The translations under genes were made by a program, and so were the position numbers. The notes below the pieces were generated by a model that saw nothing but the letters and a program-made list of their open reading frames with translations, searched no databases and was not told the origin of the DNA. Source: Salpingoeca rosetta (lineage: Eukaryota; Protista; Choanoflagellata). Taken from it: a DNA stretch of 64,000 bases. Within the stretch, counting starts at the first letter, position 1, and each line of letters starts with the position of its first letter. Below are positions 42,225 to 59,400 of this stretch, piece after piece. The DNA lies in the NCBI GenBank assembly GCA_033442325.1, contig JAWQFM010000002.1:2252602-2316601 (forward strand), in the 5' to 3' direction.

Positions 42225-43392
42225 TCACTGGCATGGTGACTCTTGGATCGCGCGACACAAGGACAGCTCTGTCGAGGTGCGAACAGGGGATGGCACAAGA
42301 AACACCCGAGCCCTGGCCAAGGCGGCATCCTGCGAGGGTGCAGGGTGGCCACGACCCACGCCGGCGTCCTCCACGTTGTTGATGCGGTTCCTGCTGACGT
42401 GACATGCCTGCTCTTGGGCTGCGAGGCGCGCGTGCACCAGGCCCCACTTCATGCGTTCTGATGCAGGGAAGGCGTGCTGAGCAAAGTACCCGGGCATCTC
42501 TGGCGTGCCTTCGTATGTGCGCTGTTTGCGGCGCTCTTCGCACACGAACTTGGGTGTAGCCAACAGAATCCAAGTTGACACGATGGAGTACAGTTCAGGC
42601 ACACCCGCAAGCATGCTTCCTTCGACCAACACAACCTACCACAAAGAGACCAAGCGGCCACCAACATGAGGCTGACAGTGTATACTTAGTGTGGCATGGG
42701 GAGGGACCGCAGAGATAGAGAGGAAGCGAGGGAGGAAGGAAGGCAGAGATAGAGAGAGTGTGTGTGTTGTGTGTTGTGTGTGTGTGCGCGCGCTGTGTGT
42801 GTTGCCGTAAAGGGAAGTCATGGAGCTGCATGTGCACAGGGTTTGCCGAGCTGCACTCGGTTGTTCTTCGAACTCACTGGGTGGGAAGACAGGCGTTGGA
42901 TGTGCTCAACCAGTGTGTCCACGAGAAGAGCAGCTGGGCTGTCCCAATCATGGCAGGCTTGTCCGTTTACGGTGATGCGTGAGATTGCATCAACGTTTTG
43001 CTTGTAAAAGTCATCCTGCATTTGCGTGTGTAACATACATGTGTGATGTGTATACGTCGTGTGTATGGGGTGTGCATATGCTTGTGTGTGTGTGTGTGTG
43101 TGTGTGATGTGATGTATGTGTGTGTTGGTGTTGGTGTGTGTCAGGGCTTGATGCGTGAACCCAGTTCGGAACCACACATCATGGCATGTGTTGCTGTCAT
43201 CACCAATGAATACATTGTTCACCATTGTACCTGATGCACGATGACGCAGGCTGCTCGTTCCTTATTCGCCCTGCTGCCTTCCTGTTGCTGCTGCTCTTGA
43301 CGCTGCACCAGCCGTCGCTGCAGGGCCTGTGCAAGCCTTGTCTTGCCACTGCATGTGGGCCCGTGGATCGCAACCACCACCCCCATGGCCAT
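42225..43392 (-). CDS. NMRK1: Nicotinamide riboside kinase (NRK/uridine kinase family), 3 exons
   Basis: Exon 1, 43392-43231: MAMGVVVAIHGPTCSGKT (Walker A). Exon 2, 43015-42878: (HQ)DDFYK...DWDSPAAL. Exon 3, 42635-42225: VLVEGSML...CEERRKQRTY...PGYFAQHAFP. Confidence 0.88.
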
Positions 43393-43975
43393 GTGGTGGC
43401 GGAGAGAGGAAACACGTGTGTGTGCTGTTGGTTGGCTCGCTTGTGGTTGTTGGTTGGCGGTTGGCTGCGGACGGCGTTAAATCGTCAGCGCGGGCGTGCA
43501 ATTTGCAACGCAAGCAACAACTGTGAGTGCACGAAATTTTGTGGGCACGGTTGCAAAACGGCGGACGCAAGCCAGCAAGGAAGCAAGCCAGCAAGCCAGC
43601 CAGCCAAGCCAGCGATGATTTGCGATTGTTGACATGACTCACCACAGAAGTTCCCAGCAGCGGTGCTTGCACTGTGTCACAAGTAGACAAGTACTCACAC
43701 CGCCGGCCCACTTGTTCAGCACGCAGCCTTGGGCCGTCAAACCCTCGAAACGGAGGGGAAGGCCACAAGTGCTTACGCGCGCTGCATGGATGTGCTGGAC
43801 AAGCGGTGTCTGCAGCAACCCTGAGGCTACCACGTCGGGAACCCTGCTGACCACCGCCAAAGAGATTGCTCTGCTTTGACGAGGGTCGGTGACACCAAAG
43901 CAAGACCGCCGACGAGGCAGATGCCCAGAGGGCTGACTGCCACGAGGCTGACTGCCAAGACTGCCACCAAAGGCG

Positions 43976-44049
<74 letters not shown>

Positions 44050-44679
44050 CAGACAAGTAAACACTAGAAACTCAGTAAACAAGAGCACTAGAACTAGAGC
44101 ACATGTAAGGAGGAATGATCGCTGGACCTGCAAGAGAAAAGAGAGACAGGGGCCAACACAAGGGGGGGGGGACAGTTGAGTGTGAGTTTGAGAAGGAGAT
44201 ATCCTGTGACATGACAACAAGCACACAAGCACCTCCTACTCCTCCCTCTTCTCCTTCTCCCTCTTCTCCTTCTCCCTTTCTCCCTCCTGTCGCGTCGATT
44301 GGAAAATGAACAAGTGAGAGAGCTAGAGAGAGAGAGTGTGTGTGTGTGGTGCTTTGCGTGTGTTGTTCTGTTGATGTGAGTGCTAAGTTACTGAGTGAGT
44401 TGCGGGGGCGTGGGTGTCAGTTGCCACAACTGGAAAGTCGCCCACAAAGTGCCACACCCACACGTCCAAATAAGCATCTAACACAAAAAAAAACACACAC
44501 ACAAAACGGAAACACTTCTTTCGCCTCTAACTTTCGTCAACAATGAAATGGTTTTTGTGTGGACCAGTTGAAAAAGGTTCCCGCCCACCACCCTCCGCCG
44601 TTTGACGTGTAAACGCACTCACATTCGAGCTCATCCCCTTCTTGACCCCCACCTTTGAACATCATCAAACTGCACACTT

Positions 44680-44711
44680 TTGAGTTGAGCCAGCAGGTCA
44701 GTGCTGTTGGT

Positions 44712-44743
<32 letters not shown>

Positions 44744-45956
44744 CTGTGCGTGTGTGTGTGTGTCACTCACTCTCTCACTCTCCTCCGCTCTCTCACACTC
44801 ACTCTCCTTCACTCCCACACACTCTCTCACACTCACTCTCACTCTCACTCGCTCTCTCACTCACTCTCTGTCTCTCACTCACTCACTCACACAAACACAC
44901 TCACTCTCTGTCACACACACACACACACTCTCTCTGCCCCTGTGCACGCACACCTGTCTCTGCCACTGTCCTCGTGCCTCACCTCCTCCGCACTGTCAAC
45001 ATTGGAATCTCTGCCCAACTGCGTGCGTTTGCATGCTCTCTTCTGCAGGGCAGTGATCTCTGTTCTCATGACGATGCAGCGAACTGCAGAGGCGGCACAC
45101 CAAGCAACCCAGCGGCGCATCTCGCAGATGCTCCAGCAGGCATATGTGGACTTGAAACCGGGAACCATGTTCAAGAGCAAGGATGGCGTGTTACGTGCTT
45201 TGGCAGCCGTCGCTGTGTTCCATGAGATGAATGCAGCCACCGTGTGAGTGCCTTACCTTGGTGCATGCGCATGCGCCCACGTCCTGTGTTTGTACGTGCT
45301 TGCATGCAAGCAAGGAGAAGGAAGCACGCGCGTCCACTCACTCTGTCTGCCTTTCTGTCTCTCTCTATACTCACACACACCACACACACTCACTCTCATT
45401 CTCTGTCTCTCTGTCGCTCTGTTTCTCCTGTCACTCACTCTCTCACTCAATAACTCTCTCCCACACACACGCTCACTCTGTCTCTCTGTCGCTCTCCCAC
45501 ATACACACACACTTTCTCTCTATCACCCTCTCACCCACACACTCTCTGTCTGTCTCTCTCTCCCACACACACTCTCTCCGTCTACAATTCTCCTTCATCC
45601 CCTCTTCTTTTCTCTTCCATGCACGCAGGTGTACGCTTCGGACACTTTCGCCATTCGTGTCATCTGCAGCAACGAGAAGAGGCGCCAGGATGCGCTTAAC
45701 ATGAACGCAAGTGACCCTTCCCCGCTTGGGTGTCTCTACTGCTGTACCAGCACGATACAGCCTTGCGGAAGGTTTAGAGTGAATCAGCTGGGCATACATA
45801 CTTGCCGCAACAGCAATCGGACAGTCACATCCCAGACGCTTGCGCGCGTTGACCAGGCCATCCTTGGTACTGGTCTCCAGATGGTGCAGGTGGCACGAGA
45901 AAGGTGTGTGTGTGTGTGCGTGTGCGTGTGCGTGCGTGCGTGCGTGCGTCTGTGTG

Positions 45957-45991
<35 letters not shown>

Positions 45992-46560
45992 GTGAGTGTG
46001 TGTGTGTGCGTGTGCATGCGTGTGTGTGTGTGTGTGTGCATGCGTGTGTGTGTGCATGCGTGTGTGTGTGTGTGTGCATGCGTGTCTGTGTGTGTGCATG
46101 CGTGTGTGTGCGTGTGTGTGTGTGTGCGTGTGTGTGCGTGCGTGTGCGTGTGTGTGTGTTTGTGTGTGTGCACGCATGCTTTGGATGTGTGTGTGTTGTG
46201 TTCTGTGTGCATACCCACTTTGGTGGGTTCGCCCTTGCTTGCCTGCTCTTCCTGACGCTCGCACCAAACCTACCCACTGTCTTTCACACCCGCATGAAAC
46301 CGATGACTGCCCATCAACACGTACCCCGTTGCAATAGTTTGGGCCGGTGTCTATAATGGTCGCGATCACGCACTGGATGGCACGGCGACGTTTGGATGTG
46401 CTGGCGCATGCCGAGACACACAGCTCTCCTCTCACAAGTTTTGCTGCCGAGGAGGTTGCTGCGAGCTGGGGCGCTGCTGCTGGACCGGCGGCTTTGGACA
46501 TTGAACACGGTCGAGTGCACGTCCACAGACCCAATGTGCAACCCCACCAACCGGTATGAC
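44680..46560 (+). mobile_element. MuDR/MULE transposase remnant, internally deleted (no DDE core seen)
   Basis: Exons 45068-45241 and 45629-45903 give LKPGTMFKSKDGVLRALAAVAV...VYASDTFAIRVICSN...C...FRV...HTC, the MuDR N-terminal pattern. A further exon-like piece lies at about 46337-46553. A second copy is at 20630-21540. Confidence 0.65.
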
Positions 46561-46849
46561 AGAGGGTTGCGCGGTGGTGGTGTCGTGACATCCATATGTT
46601 TGAATACACGCACGTGCATGCGTATGTGCATGCGTATGTGCATGTGCGAGTCTGTGCGTGTCTTTATTGTGCACATGTGTTGTGTTTGAGTGTGCGCATG
46701 TGTACTGTATGCGTAGTGTGTTCACGTACACGCGCATGCGTGTATCTCGGTTACGTACCTCCGTGCCTATCCAGCCCTACCGCCCACAACCACCCTTCCA
46801 TTTGCCATGTGTCATCCCCATACAGACAGTGACTGTAGCTTGCTCGCTG

Positions 46850-47341
46850 CACTCCCCCCCTCACCACCTTCCAGCTTACCACCACTACTGCCATCGCCTC
46901 CAGCTCTTCCGTTGTCATCACCATCCCCATCAGCACCGTCACCATCCCCATCAGCACCTTGACCTCCGCCGTCACCACCGTCATACCACGTGCTTGCTCG
47001 GCGCGCGCCGGTGCGGCACCGCAGGCACAGGTCACAAAAGCGGACGGTGGATCCAAACTTCCCGCGCTGCAACGAAAGCTTGGCCAGCGTTGCGTAATGG
47101 TGTGCGGCGCGCGTGAGCACCAGCTCCAGCAGCTGCCGGCTGTGGCCGTCCTGCCGCTGGCTCCAACAGGTCCAACACCGCTGGCTCCAACAGGTCCCAT
47201 CAGACGGCATGGGGATGGCGCCCGTGTCGGGTGGCCGACGCGGTGGCGGTGATGATGAAGATGTTGGTGGTGTTGCTGTTGATGATGACGAAGCACTGGC
47301 ACCAGCACGACTACGCCCCTGCCCCTGCTGCCCCTGCTGCC

Positions 47342-47382
<41 letters not shown>

Positions 47383-49071
47383 TGTGCGCTTGGCGAATGC
47401 GACGTGCGGGCTGCACCACGTCTTCCATCACTGCCATCACCACCACCATCACTACCACATCACTACCATCACGACTGCCACCATCGCCATCGCCACGATG
47501 ATCAGCGAGGTTGAGCCGGGCGAGGACGTGCGGTGGCATCTGGCTCAGGTGCAGGTTGATGGCGGCTGCAAGCTTCGGATACCGCTCTGCCTCCACCAGG
47601 TTACGTGCGTTGGCCAGGAGTCGACACACCGTTGCATCATCGTCGTCCGTCTGGGGCTGGTCGTCCTCCAAAATGCGGATGGCAATCTTGTACAGCAGCA
47701 GCGCGACCGAGTGCGAAAACGGGTTGGTCACGTTTGAGTTTGGGTCTGTGGACAAGGACCGCGATTGCTCAATGAGGGCGGTGAAGTCGTACAGCCGCAC
47801 AATGTCGTCATCCTCGCCCTTGTACAGCCAGTAGGTGTGTCCTTCCTCCGTGCAGTTCTTGTTGAGGAAGGTCTTCATGGATTGCGCAATGGCCACAACG
47901 GCCTCTGGATCAAACCCGCTCATCTCGGGCAGGTCCTCTGTTGTGATTGTCTCGTAGCGTGACACAGCACCGTTCTGTGTTGGCGGTGGAGGGGGGGGAT
48001 GTAATTGGGCCGTGTTGTGTTGTGGTGGTTGGGCGTGATGTGTTGGTTGTGTATTTGTGTGTGGGTGTGAATGATGTGTTGGTTGTGTGTGTGTGTGTGT
48101 GTGCGTGCGTGTTGGGAGTGGAAGATGAGGACGCGCGTGGGACAATTAGCAACACAGACACGCAAGCAAGCAAGCAAGCAAGCAAGCAACAAACAGAAAA
48201 CAAGCAAACACATAAACACATACACACACACACAAACAAACAAACACAAATACACACACACAAGCGAACACAAACTCTCTCTCACACACACACACACACA
48301 AACTCACGCACCGTGTGGTAGCACATCATAATCTCTGGGACGTTGCACATGAGGTTGTCCAGCCAGAGATCCATGCCAGTGAGCACGTTGATTGACTGTC
48401 CGTCCTCCCGCAGCTTCAGGCTGATGGCCGGCACGGGCTTCTCGCCATCGCCAAAGATGGCAAGGTCAGACGTGACGACAGAGCGGATGTCGTGGAAGGA
48501 CCACAGGTGGTCGTGTGTCTGCCAATATGAGCGAACAGGAAGACGCTGCTCCGCCTGTCCAACAACCGTCGACAGCAGCAGTTGGTTTGCCTCATGCCCA
48601 CCACTACCGCTACCGCTGTTGCCACTGCTGTTGTCAATGCTGGCGCTGGTGGTATTCGTGTCCTCGTTTGATGGGGGAGGTGGCAGGGAGAGCGATGCCG
48701 GAAGGTGTGCAAGCGACGTGGATGTCTGTGACGACGAGTTGCAAATCGCTGATGGCGGTGTCGCTGTTCCCGACGACACCGCACCATCGTGCACAGCGCT
48801 GCTGCCGTGATCCAAACTACCATTACCACCACCACCATCATCGCTACCAGTGCCATCGTTGTTTGAGTCATTGGCATGATACAGCGGCGTGAATGGAAGA
48901 GGAATGGGGACTTGGTCGCGCTGGCTCACGTGTGAGAGAGGAAGGTACTCCAGCTGTGGCAGTGCCGGCAAGACATCTCCCGCCCTACTCACCACAGTGG
49001 TGGGCGGTTTCATTCAAAAAGAAAGCCCACGATGGCCAGGTACCATTGGGCGCTGCACACACACACACACA

Positions 49072-49123
<52 letters not shown>

Positions 49124-49436
49124 CAGCGTGAGGGTGTGGATTGGAAAAGCTCCAACAAGAGGCAGCGCAGGCTGTCATGCACAGCGCACAGGCAAGCCAC
49201 TCACAGACAACCAACGCGGCTCGCCATCCTCGTTGATTCAATCTCGAATCACCAGCAGATGTCTACGGGATAATCCAAACCGTTTGTTGGATGGAGCTTC
49301 TCGCTTCGCCCAGCATATCAGGCTGTCGACCCCCTGTACCGCCAACACAGAATGTGACACAGTCGATGGGATGAGTTGTGGGCGACCGCGGTCGGTTGGA
49401 AGCCAAGACCTGCATATTACGAAGCGAGGGCATGTG

Positions 49437-49490
<54 letters not shown>

Positions 49491-49844
49491 GCATGAAAGC
49501 ACAAGCAGGAGCCAGACAGTACAAGCCCCCCCCGCCCAAGCCACACACCTACATCGTAGGAGCTGGTGGCGAAGTCAGACGTGCGCTGGAGACGCACCAG
49601 CCAGAAGTTGACCAGCTTGTCGTCAAGAAGCTAGTTGCCATGAAGTCTGGCAATGGATGTGTTGGACGTTAAGGCGGAGATGACCACAAGGCAGCCACGA
49701 TCGCGAACAAGGGGGCAAACAGAAAACAAGACATGGGCTGATGAGATGACGCAAGCACCGTGACCCTAGCTCGAACCTGATGTAGCTGCGGTCGAGGGTC
49801 TGCGGTTTGCTAACACCAACAACGACCATCACTTCCTTGCTCAT
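46850..49844 (-). pseudogene. EDRF1: EDRF1 (erythroid differentiation-related factor 1) homologue with several frameshifts, 3' truncated
   Basis: LWSFHDI...IFG...ISLKLRE...INVLTGMDLWLDNLMCNVPEIMMCYH, FLNKNCTEEGHTYWLYK...VRLYD and NPFSHSVALLLYKIA. Apparent frameshifts near 49380, 49015 and 47460, and a 24-bp duplication at about 47154-47197. Start and end approximate. Confidence 0.75.
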
Positions 49845-50472
49845 CCACCGGGTGTGATTGCGGCCCAGCTTCTCGTTATGGCGCGGTGCTGGTTGCGTGA
49901 GAGAGAGAGTGTGTGTGTGTGCGGGTGAGAGAGAGGGTGTGTGTGTGTGTGTGTGGGTGAGAGAGAGAGTGTGTGTGTGTGTGTGTGTGTGGGTGAGAGA
50001 GAGAGAGAGTGTGTGTGTGTGTGCGTGAGAGTGAGAGAGAGTGTGTGTGTGTGGGTGAGAGAGAGTGAGAGAGTGTGTGTGTGTGTGTGTTCATGTTTGT
50101 ATGTGTGCGCGCGATGTGTGGTGGCGAGTCTATCAACCACAACCTCTGTGCAGAGTGCAGGTGGGTGTAACACTTGTGCGGTTGGTTTTTGCGGAACGAA
50201 CCTCTGTGGTCTGCGCTGTCGGGCTCAGCGGCGTTTCCGCCTCAGCATTAGTGGGGCGAAGTGCGCGCGCTGCTGCCGTTGACGTTGCTGTCTCGCTGCA
50301 ACAGTTTTTTCGCGTACACACACGTCCTGCGGTTGTTGGTGATGCCTTCTTCTAATGCATAGCCCGCGCCGTGCTTCCCTCGGGCGAGGGTGTGCATGCT
50401 GGCTGTAAACTGTTCGAATCAAACCATGCACACGTGCACAGAGACACAGAAGGAGTGACGGGAGTGCCGCGC

Positions 50473-51596
50473 TCATGCAGGTGAATTCAGGAGCACACCA
50501 CCGTGCAAGCGAGGTGCTGGCCGGATCCAAAGCCTCACCTCATCCGGTATTGGGATGCCAAGGACACTCAGGCTATGAGTGTGCTCCTTGAACAGCTCAG
50601 CCCGCACTCGGCCACACTCAGGCAGCGTCACGACACACCGAGCTGGACAGTACCCAACGGATTTGGTGCCTCTGCGTCGGTTCACCGCGAGTACACGCCG
50701 ATACATCCAACACGTGAGTGCATGCACATTGGGGAAACAAAAAAAAAAAAAGGAACATCAAGATACAGGCAAACGAAGGTCACAGCACCCTAAAACAACA
50801 ATGCAGCGCACCCCAGGTTGTTGGTGTCCTCCGCTTGAGATCAGTCCATGGCTCATTCGTGTAGGACGCATATGTCGTCTCCTGTTCATCGAGCAGCCAC
50901 GCCGCGAAGGCGTTCAGGGTTCTGAAATGGCGCATATCCACCACTGACACAAGCACAGCGATGGGCGTGAATGAGTGGGAGGGGTGCATCGGATGCGCAT
51001 GTATGTGGCCCGACACACACAAGCACACAGAAACCAGGGTGACATGAACGAGAACACGAGAGCAGTCAAAGGCGGCAAAGGACGCACCCGTTTCATGGTA
51101 TGAAGGATGGTTGCTTTGGATATGTGCCACAAGCTGTGCGCAGCTCGGAAACCCGCCACAGTCACAGTTCACGCAAACAAACGTGTCCCTCGTCTGTTGT
51201 GAACAGCATATGCAACGCAACATGCAAAGGAGTGCCAGTTGTGAGCACAACAAGGTTGTGTGACTGTGCCAGCAGAGGCAGCGCCAACATAAAACAGGCA
51301 TTGGGGGGACAGAGGCAAGCGCGGGCAAGTACCTTGTACTCGTCTTCATGCGCCTTTGACTTTCGAATGTGATCCTTGAGGTGTCGAACAGACCTGCACG
51401 TCTTGTTGCACTTCTCGCAGCGGTGAGGACCAGAACCACTACCAACGTTGACAACTTGCACCAAGGCCAGAAGGGATGGGATTTCGGTGAGGTCGTGTGT
51501 GACCTTGATGTGGTCGATCAGCCGTGAGACATTGCCGGTGGCCTCAGTGAAGCTGCAAGCGACGTGGGGACATTGCCTCGTCAAGGTCGTGCTCAT
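50473..51596 (-). mobile_element. C2H2 zinc fingers plus WRKY/GCM1-like domain, probable N-terminus of a second MULE-type transposase (degenerate)
   Basis: Three C2H2-like fingers (CPHVAC..HIKVTH, CEKC..HIRKSKAH, CVNCDC..HIQSNH), then FRTLNAFAAWLLDEQETTYASY and GTKSVGYCPARCVV...GRVRAELFKEHTH. Frame breaks present; no DDE region follows. Confidence 0.55.
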
Positions 51597-52244
51597 TTTG
51601 GGTGGTGGTGTGCAGTGGGAAATGGCCGTTTCAAGAAGGAAGCGCGAGTTGGCGGGTGGTTGGAGGGGGCCTTTGCAAGTGCAATTCAGCGCTGCAACAT
51701 GTGCCGTCGCGAGCTACAGCGGTTCTTGGCATGCCACAGCAGTGCTCAAAACTCCCAATTTGGCACTAGGGTCCCCCGTTGGCTGCTGAATTGGCCGCGA
51801 ACTGCACCACAAGATGTATTTTTTTGCTTGTTTGTTTGCTTCTTGCTTGCTTCTTGTCTGTTGTGCATGCAAGCAAAGCAACGCGCACCCGAACACAGCA
51901 ACCACACACAACACGCCAGCACAGCCCGCCACTCACCCAGTTCCTCCACTCGACTTTCTCTGGTGGGTGAAGGTGCATTGGCACATCATTGGATTCCCGC
52001 CCTCTTGTCTCTCAGCTTGTCTCTCTCCCTTTTCTCTCTCAAGGATCAGGTTGTAGGTCTCGAGCTCGCTCGCTGTTGCTGCATCTTGTATTCATCACAC
52101 TCTCCCGACCACCTGCCACAGCTCGACCAGTTGAATAGGCTGCTGCCAGCGAGACAGGCAGGCAAGAGAGGCGAGCAAGACGCAGGTGTGCATGTACGAC
52201 AGCCTTCCAGCCAACCAAACACTTTGAGCGCATCCAGACAAAGG

Positions 52245-56046
<3,802 letters not shown>

Positions 56047-56409
56047 TGTTGTGACATGTGTGATGCGTGCGATGTGCGACTCACGACTTGATTTATTATT
56101 GTCAAATAAACGCGCTGGCTTTGTGCTCATGTAGGTTCTCTCGGGCATGAAGGCACGCCGCATGCCCGATTGAAGTATTGCATCCACCAAAAGTCACAAC
56201 CAGCAACACCGAGGTGGTTGGTTTGCGTGCAGCAAGCGCCGACCCACTTGTTAGTGGCTATTGCGTGCGTTTGGGTCAAGCCAGATTTCTGCTCACAAAC
56301 ACTCCCCTGTGCCTTTACCCCGTGCGTGTGCCCGTGCATTTCGCGTACAAAGTCCCCAGCTGCTCGCTTTTTCAGCCCCTTGTATCTCAGGGCCGGCAGA
56401 GCGCGAGAC

Positions 56410-59400
56410 ATGGATCGAAATCCGCCACAGCCGCCGCCACCCACACAAACCTCGGCACCACGACCGCCACCCACGGCAGGCGGCCAGCTTGCGGGCTTGT
56501 TTGCTCTGCAACAGCACAGTGGCTTTGTGATGCCACAGCTGGACCCCAGCGTCCAGCAGATGATGATGCACCTTTCTGCCGGCAACCACCACCACAGCCA
56601 CCACCACCACCACAGCCACAACCAACAGCAACAACATGCATCTGCGGCTTTGCAACAGAACCAACACCAGCACCCAATGTTGATTCAGGGCCAAGGTCGA
56701 TCTCAGACCCAGCAGTCACAACAACAACAATACCAACACCAACACCAACACCAGCAAGCAACACAACAGCATGTTCTTCAGCCTTTACAGCCTCCTCCAT
56801 TCAGCATGCATGCTTTGTTTCAGGCACAACAACAACAACAACAACACCAACAACAATACGGTGTTGCGAGACCAACTGCCCCTCCACTACAGGATGGACG
56901 CCACCTCGTTCAGCAGCAGCAACAGCCTGTGCATGAACAGCAGCAACAGGCGCCAAGCACCCTCATGCACCCACACCATGCATCCTGGCTACAGGCCCTC
57001 ATGTTTGCGGTTCAGCCACATTTACATCAACAGCCCCGCTCATCCGGCCCTCTGACCACCTCATCCTCATCTACCCCCACCTTCTCGGGTCAGCAAGGCC
57101 AGCGCCAGTTGTTAGCGCAGATGTACCCACAAGGTGATCAGCAACAACAGCAGCAGCAACAAGGCCCAGGCACGCTGGGAGCTAACAACACTGGAACCGG
57201 CACCTCAAATACAACAGGAGGAGGACAGCCTCAGTCATCTCTACAAGCGCCTCAACTTGTAAGTCATGGTCTCGGCACAAGCCTCCTCTCCCCCCCCCCC
57301 ACGATGAAAGGGGCACGGCACATTGTCGACGGAACGATCGAAGCAACATGGTGTTCTTCTCTTGTTCCAGAGTGCACATGCACTTTGCGGCAAGCCTGCA
57401 ACCCTTCACTTATTTGCATGGTTACCTGGCTGTACCCTTACCTTTACCCTCGTTTCAATGTGGTTGCCTCCTCCTCCTCCTCTTCTTTCCTTGGGCTCCT
57501 TGGCTTTCGCTGTTCTCACTCCACCACTGCCATGTCCTTTACTCGCTTAGCCCGCCCATGCTATTCCAAGACTACTACAGGCGTATGTGCAAAGCATCTC
57601 AAGCAACAGCACCTCAGCCAGCACCGCGACTGCAGCAAGGGCGTCCCAACCACAGACTGCGCCCTCAACGTTACCAGCAGGAAGCCCTGCCATCCTCACT
57701 CAGATATCAAACCTGTTGAGTGCGCACCCACACCTGATGTCGCAGGTTCCAAGTCACATTGCGGCCCAACTCCGACAACATCAGCAACAATCCCAGCAAC
57801 AGCAACAGCCAGCAAACAGCGGCAACGGTGGGTCGTCTCAACCACCCGCCCTTGCGAGCAGTGGGACGCCTTCGACCAGGGCACCCACCAGCGCGCAACA
57901 CACGACCAGTGTCACCACCCCGCAACCCGGAGCTTCGAATCGGCCGCAGTCCTCATCCATCACATCAACACCACCACCGCCAACAACAACACCAAGCTCT
58001 TTCTCGTCTTCGGTACCTCAGGACCAGACGCAAGCCCCGCCCTTCTTCCAGCAGCACACGGCGGCGCCGGGCGGACGTAAGCGTGGCACGCTTGTGTTTC
58101 GTCCTGTCTTTGCATCTTTGCAATATTGGTCAAGGGAATGCGGCAGCGGCAGAGGGGGGGGGGGGCGGCGTCTTGCGTTCTACGTCTTTGGGGGTAGTGT
58201 GGTGAGGTGCCTGTTGTCAGACTGGCTGTCAGTTGCCGCAACGTACTCACAGCATCGCATTACACGTGTGCAACAAATCACACCACCCAACAGTCATTCC
58301 TTTCACGTTCAACAGCATCCCAGCGATGCTTCAGTCCTCATTCTTTGGCGTGGTACGTTTCCCAGCCAACGGCACTATGCCTGGAAACAGTGGCTAGCAT
58401 GTGTGGAGTCATGGGTACGCGCGTGTTTATGGGATGCATGTATGATAATGCGCATGCATGAATGTGTGTGCGTGTAAGAGCAGGTGTATGTATATGTGCG
58501 TGACAGAGCATGTGTACACGCGCACGAGTGCCAGGGTTATTGTTGCGTGCGTGGGTGCTCCCTCGTGTGCATATCTGAAGTCTCAATCAGACAGCAATCC
58601 GATGTGCTGACGGCTAACTGTTCTGCCTGACGGTGCAGGCACCGGGGCCACACCCTTCATACATGCCGGCGCAGTATCCATTTGCAGTTATGCCCGTTAT
58701 GCACGTGCCAAATCAAGCACAACAGAAAGAGAAGTACACCTGCGAGAAGTGTGGCAAGTGCTTCAGCTGCAGCAGTAACCTCCACCGTCACCGTCGCATC
58801 CACACAGGTACGCACATGTGCACGTGTGTATGCGTGTGTGTGCGTGTGCGTGTGTGTATGTGTGTGCGTGTGTGCGTGTATGTGTGCTTGTTGAGGGTAG
58901 AGACGGGGGTAGAGATGGGGAGGGAATCCACGTGGGCTCGTGTTACTCTCTCAGTTTGTGTGTGTGAGTGATGGCAAGCAATGCTGTCCTATTGCACTGC
59001 TGCATACACCACGCCAAGACTTGTGCACCGCCTACACCCCACCTTGTCTTGGTACGGCGTGCCTCCTCCCTTCCCTGCTCTCACATGCATGCCATTCCAC
59101 ATGCCGCGCTCAACCCCACGCTTGCATGCAGGGCAAAGACCGTTTCTGTGCCAATACTGCAACTTTGCCTTCAACAACAGCAGCAACAGAAGAAAACATG
59201 AACGGCTGTACTGCAAGAAGCGCCCAACGGCACACAACGAGATGCACGTGGACGAGACACCGCCGCCATCCAGCTCTTCAAACGGAACAGGGTCGCCGCA
59301 GACTCGGGCAAATCCTGAAAACTCACCACCACCACCATCACCACCAACAACAACACCACCAGGCAGAAACAACACGTCCCAAGGTGCGTCTGGAGCTGAA

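Noticed and set aside
42103-43225. ORFs that first looked like a MULE/SWIM transposase remnant (IPCSH, NRINNVE)
   Set aside because: Splicing gives a coherent nicotinamide riboside kinase. The SWIM-like string is in a shadow frame.
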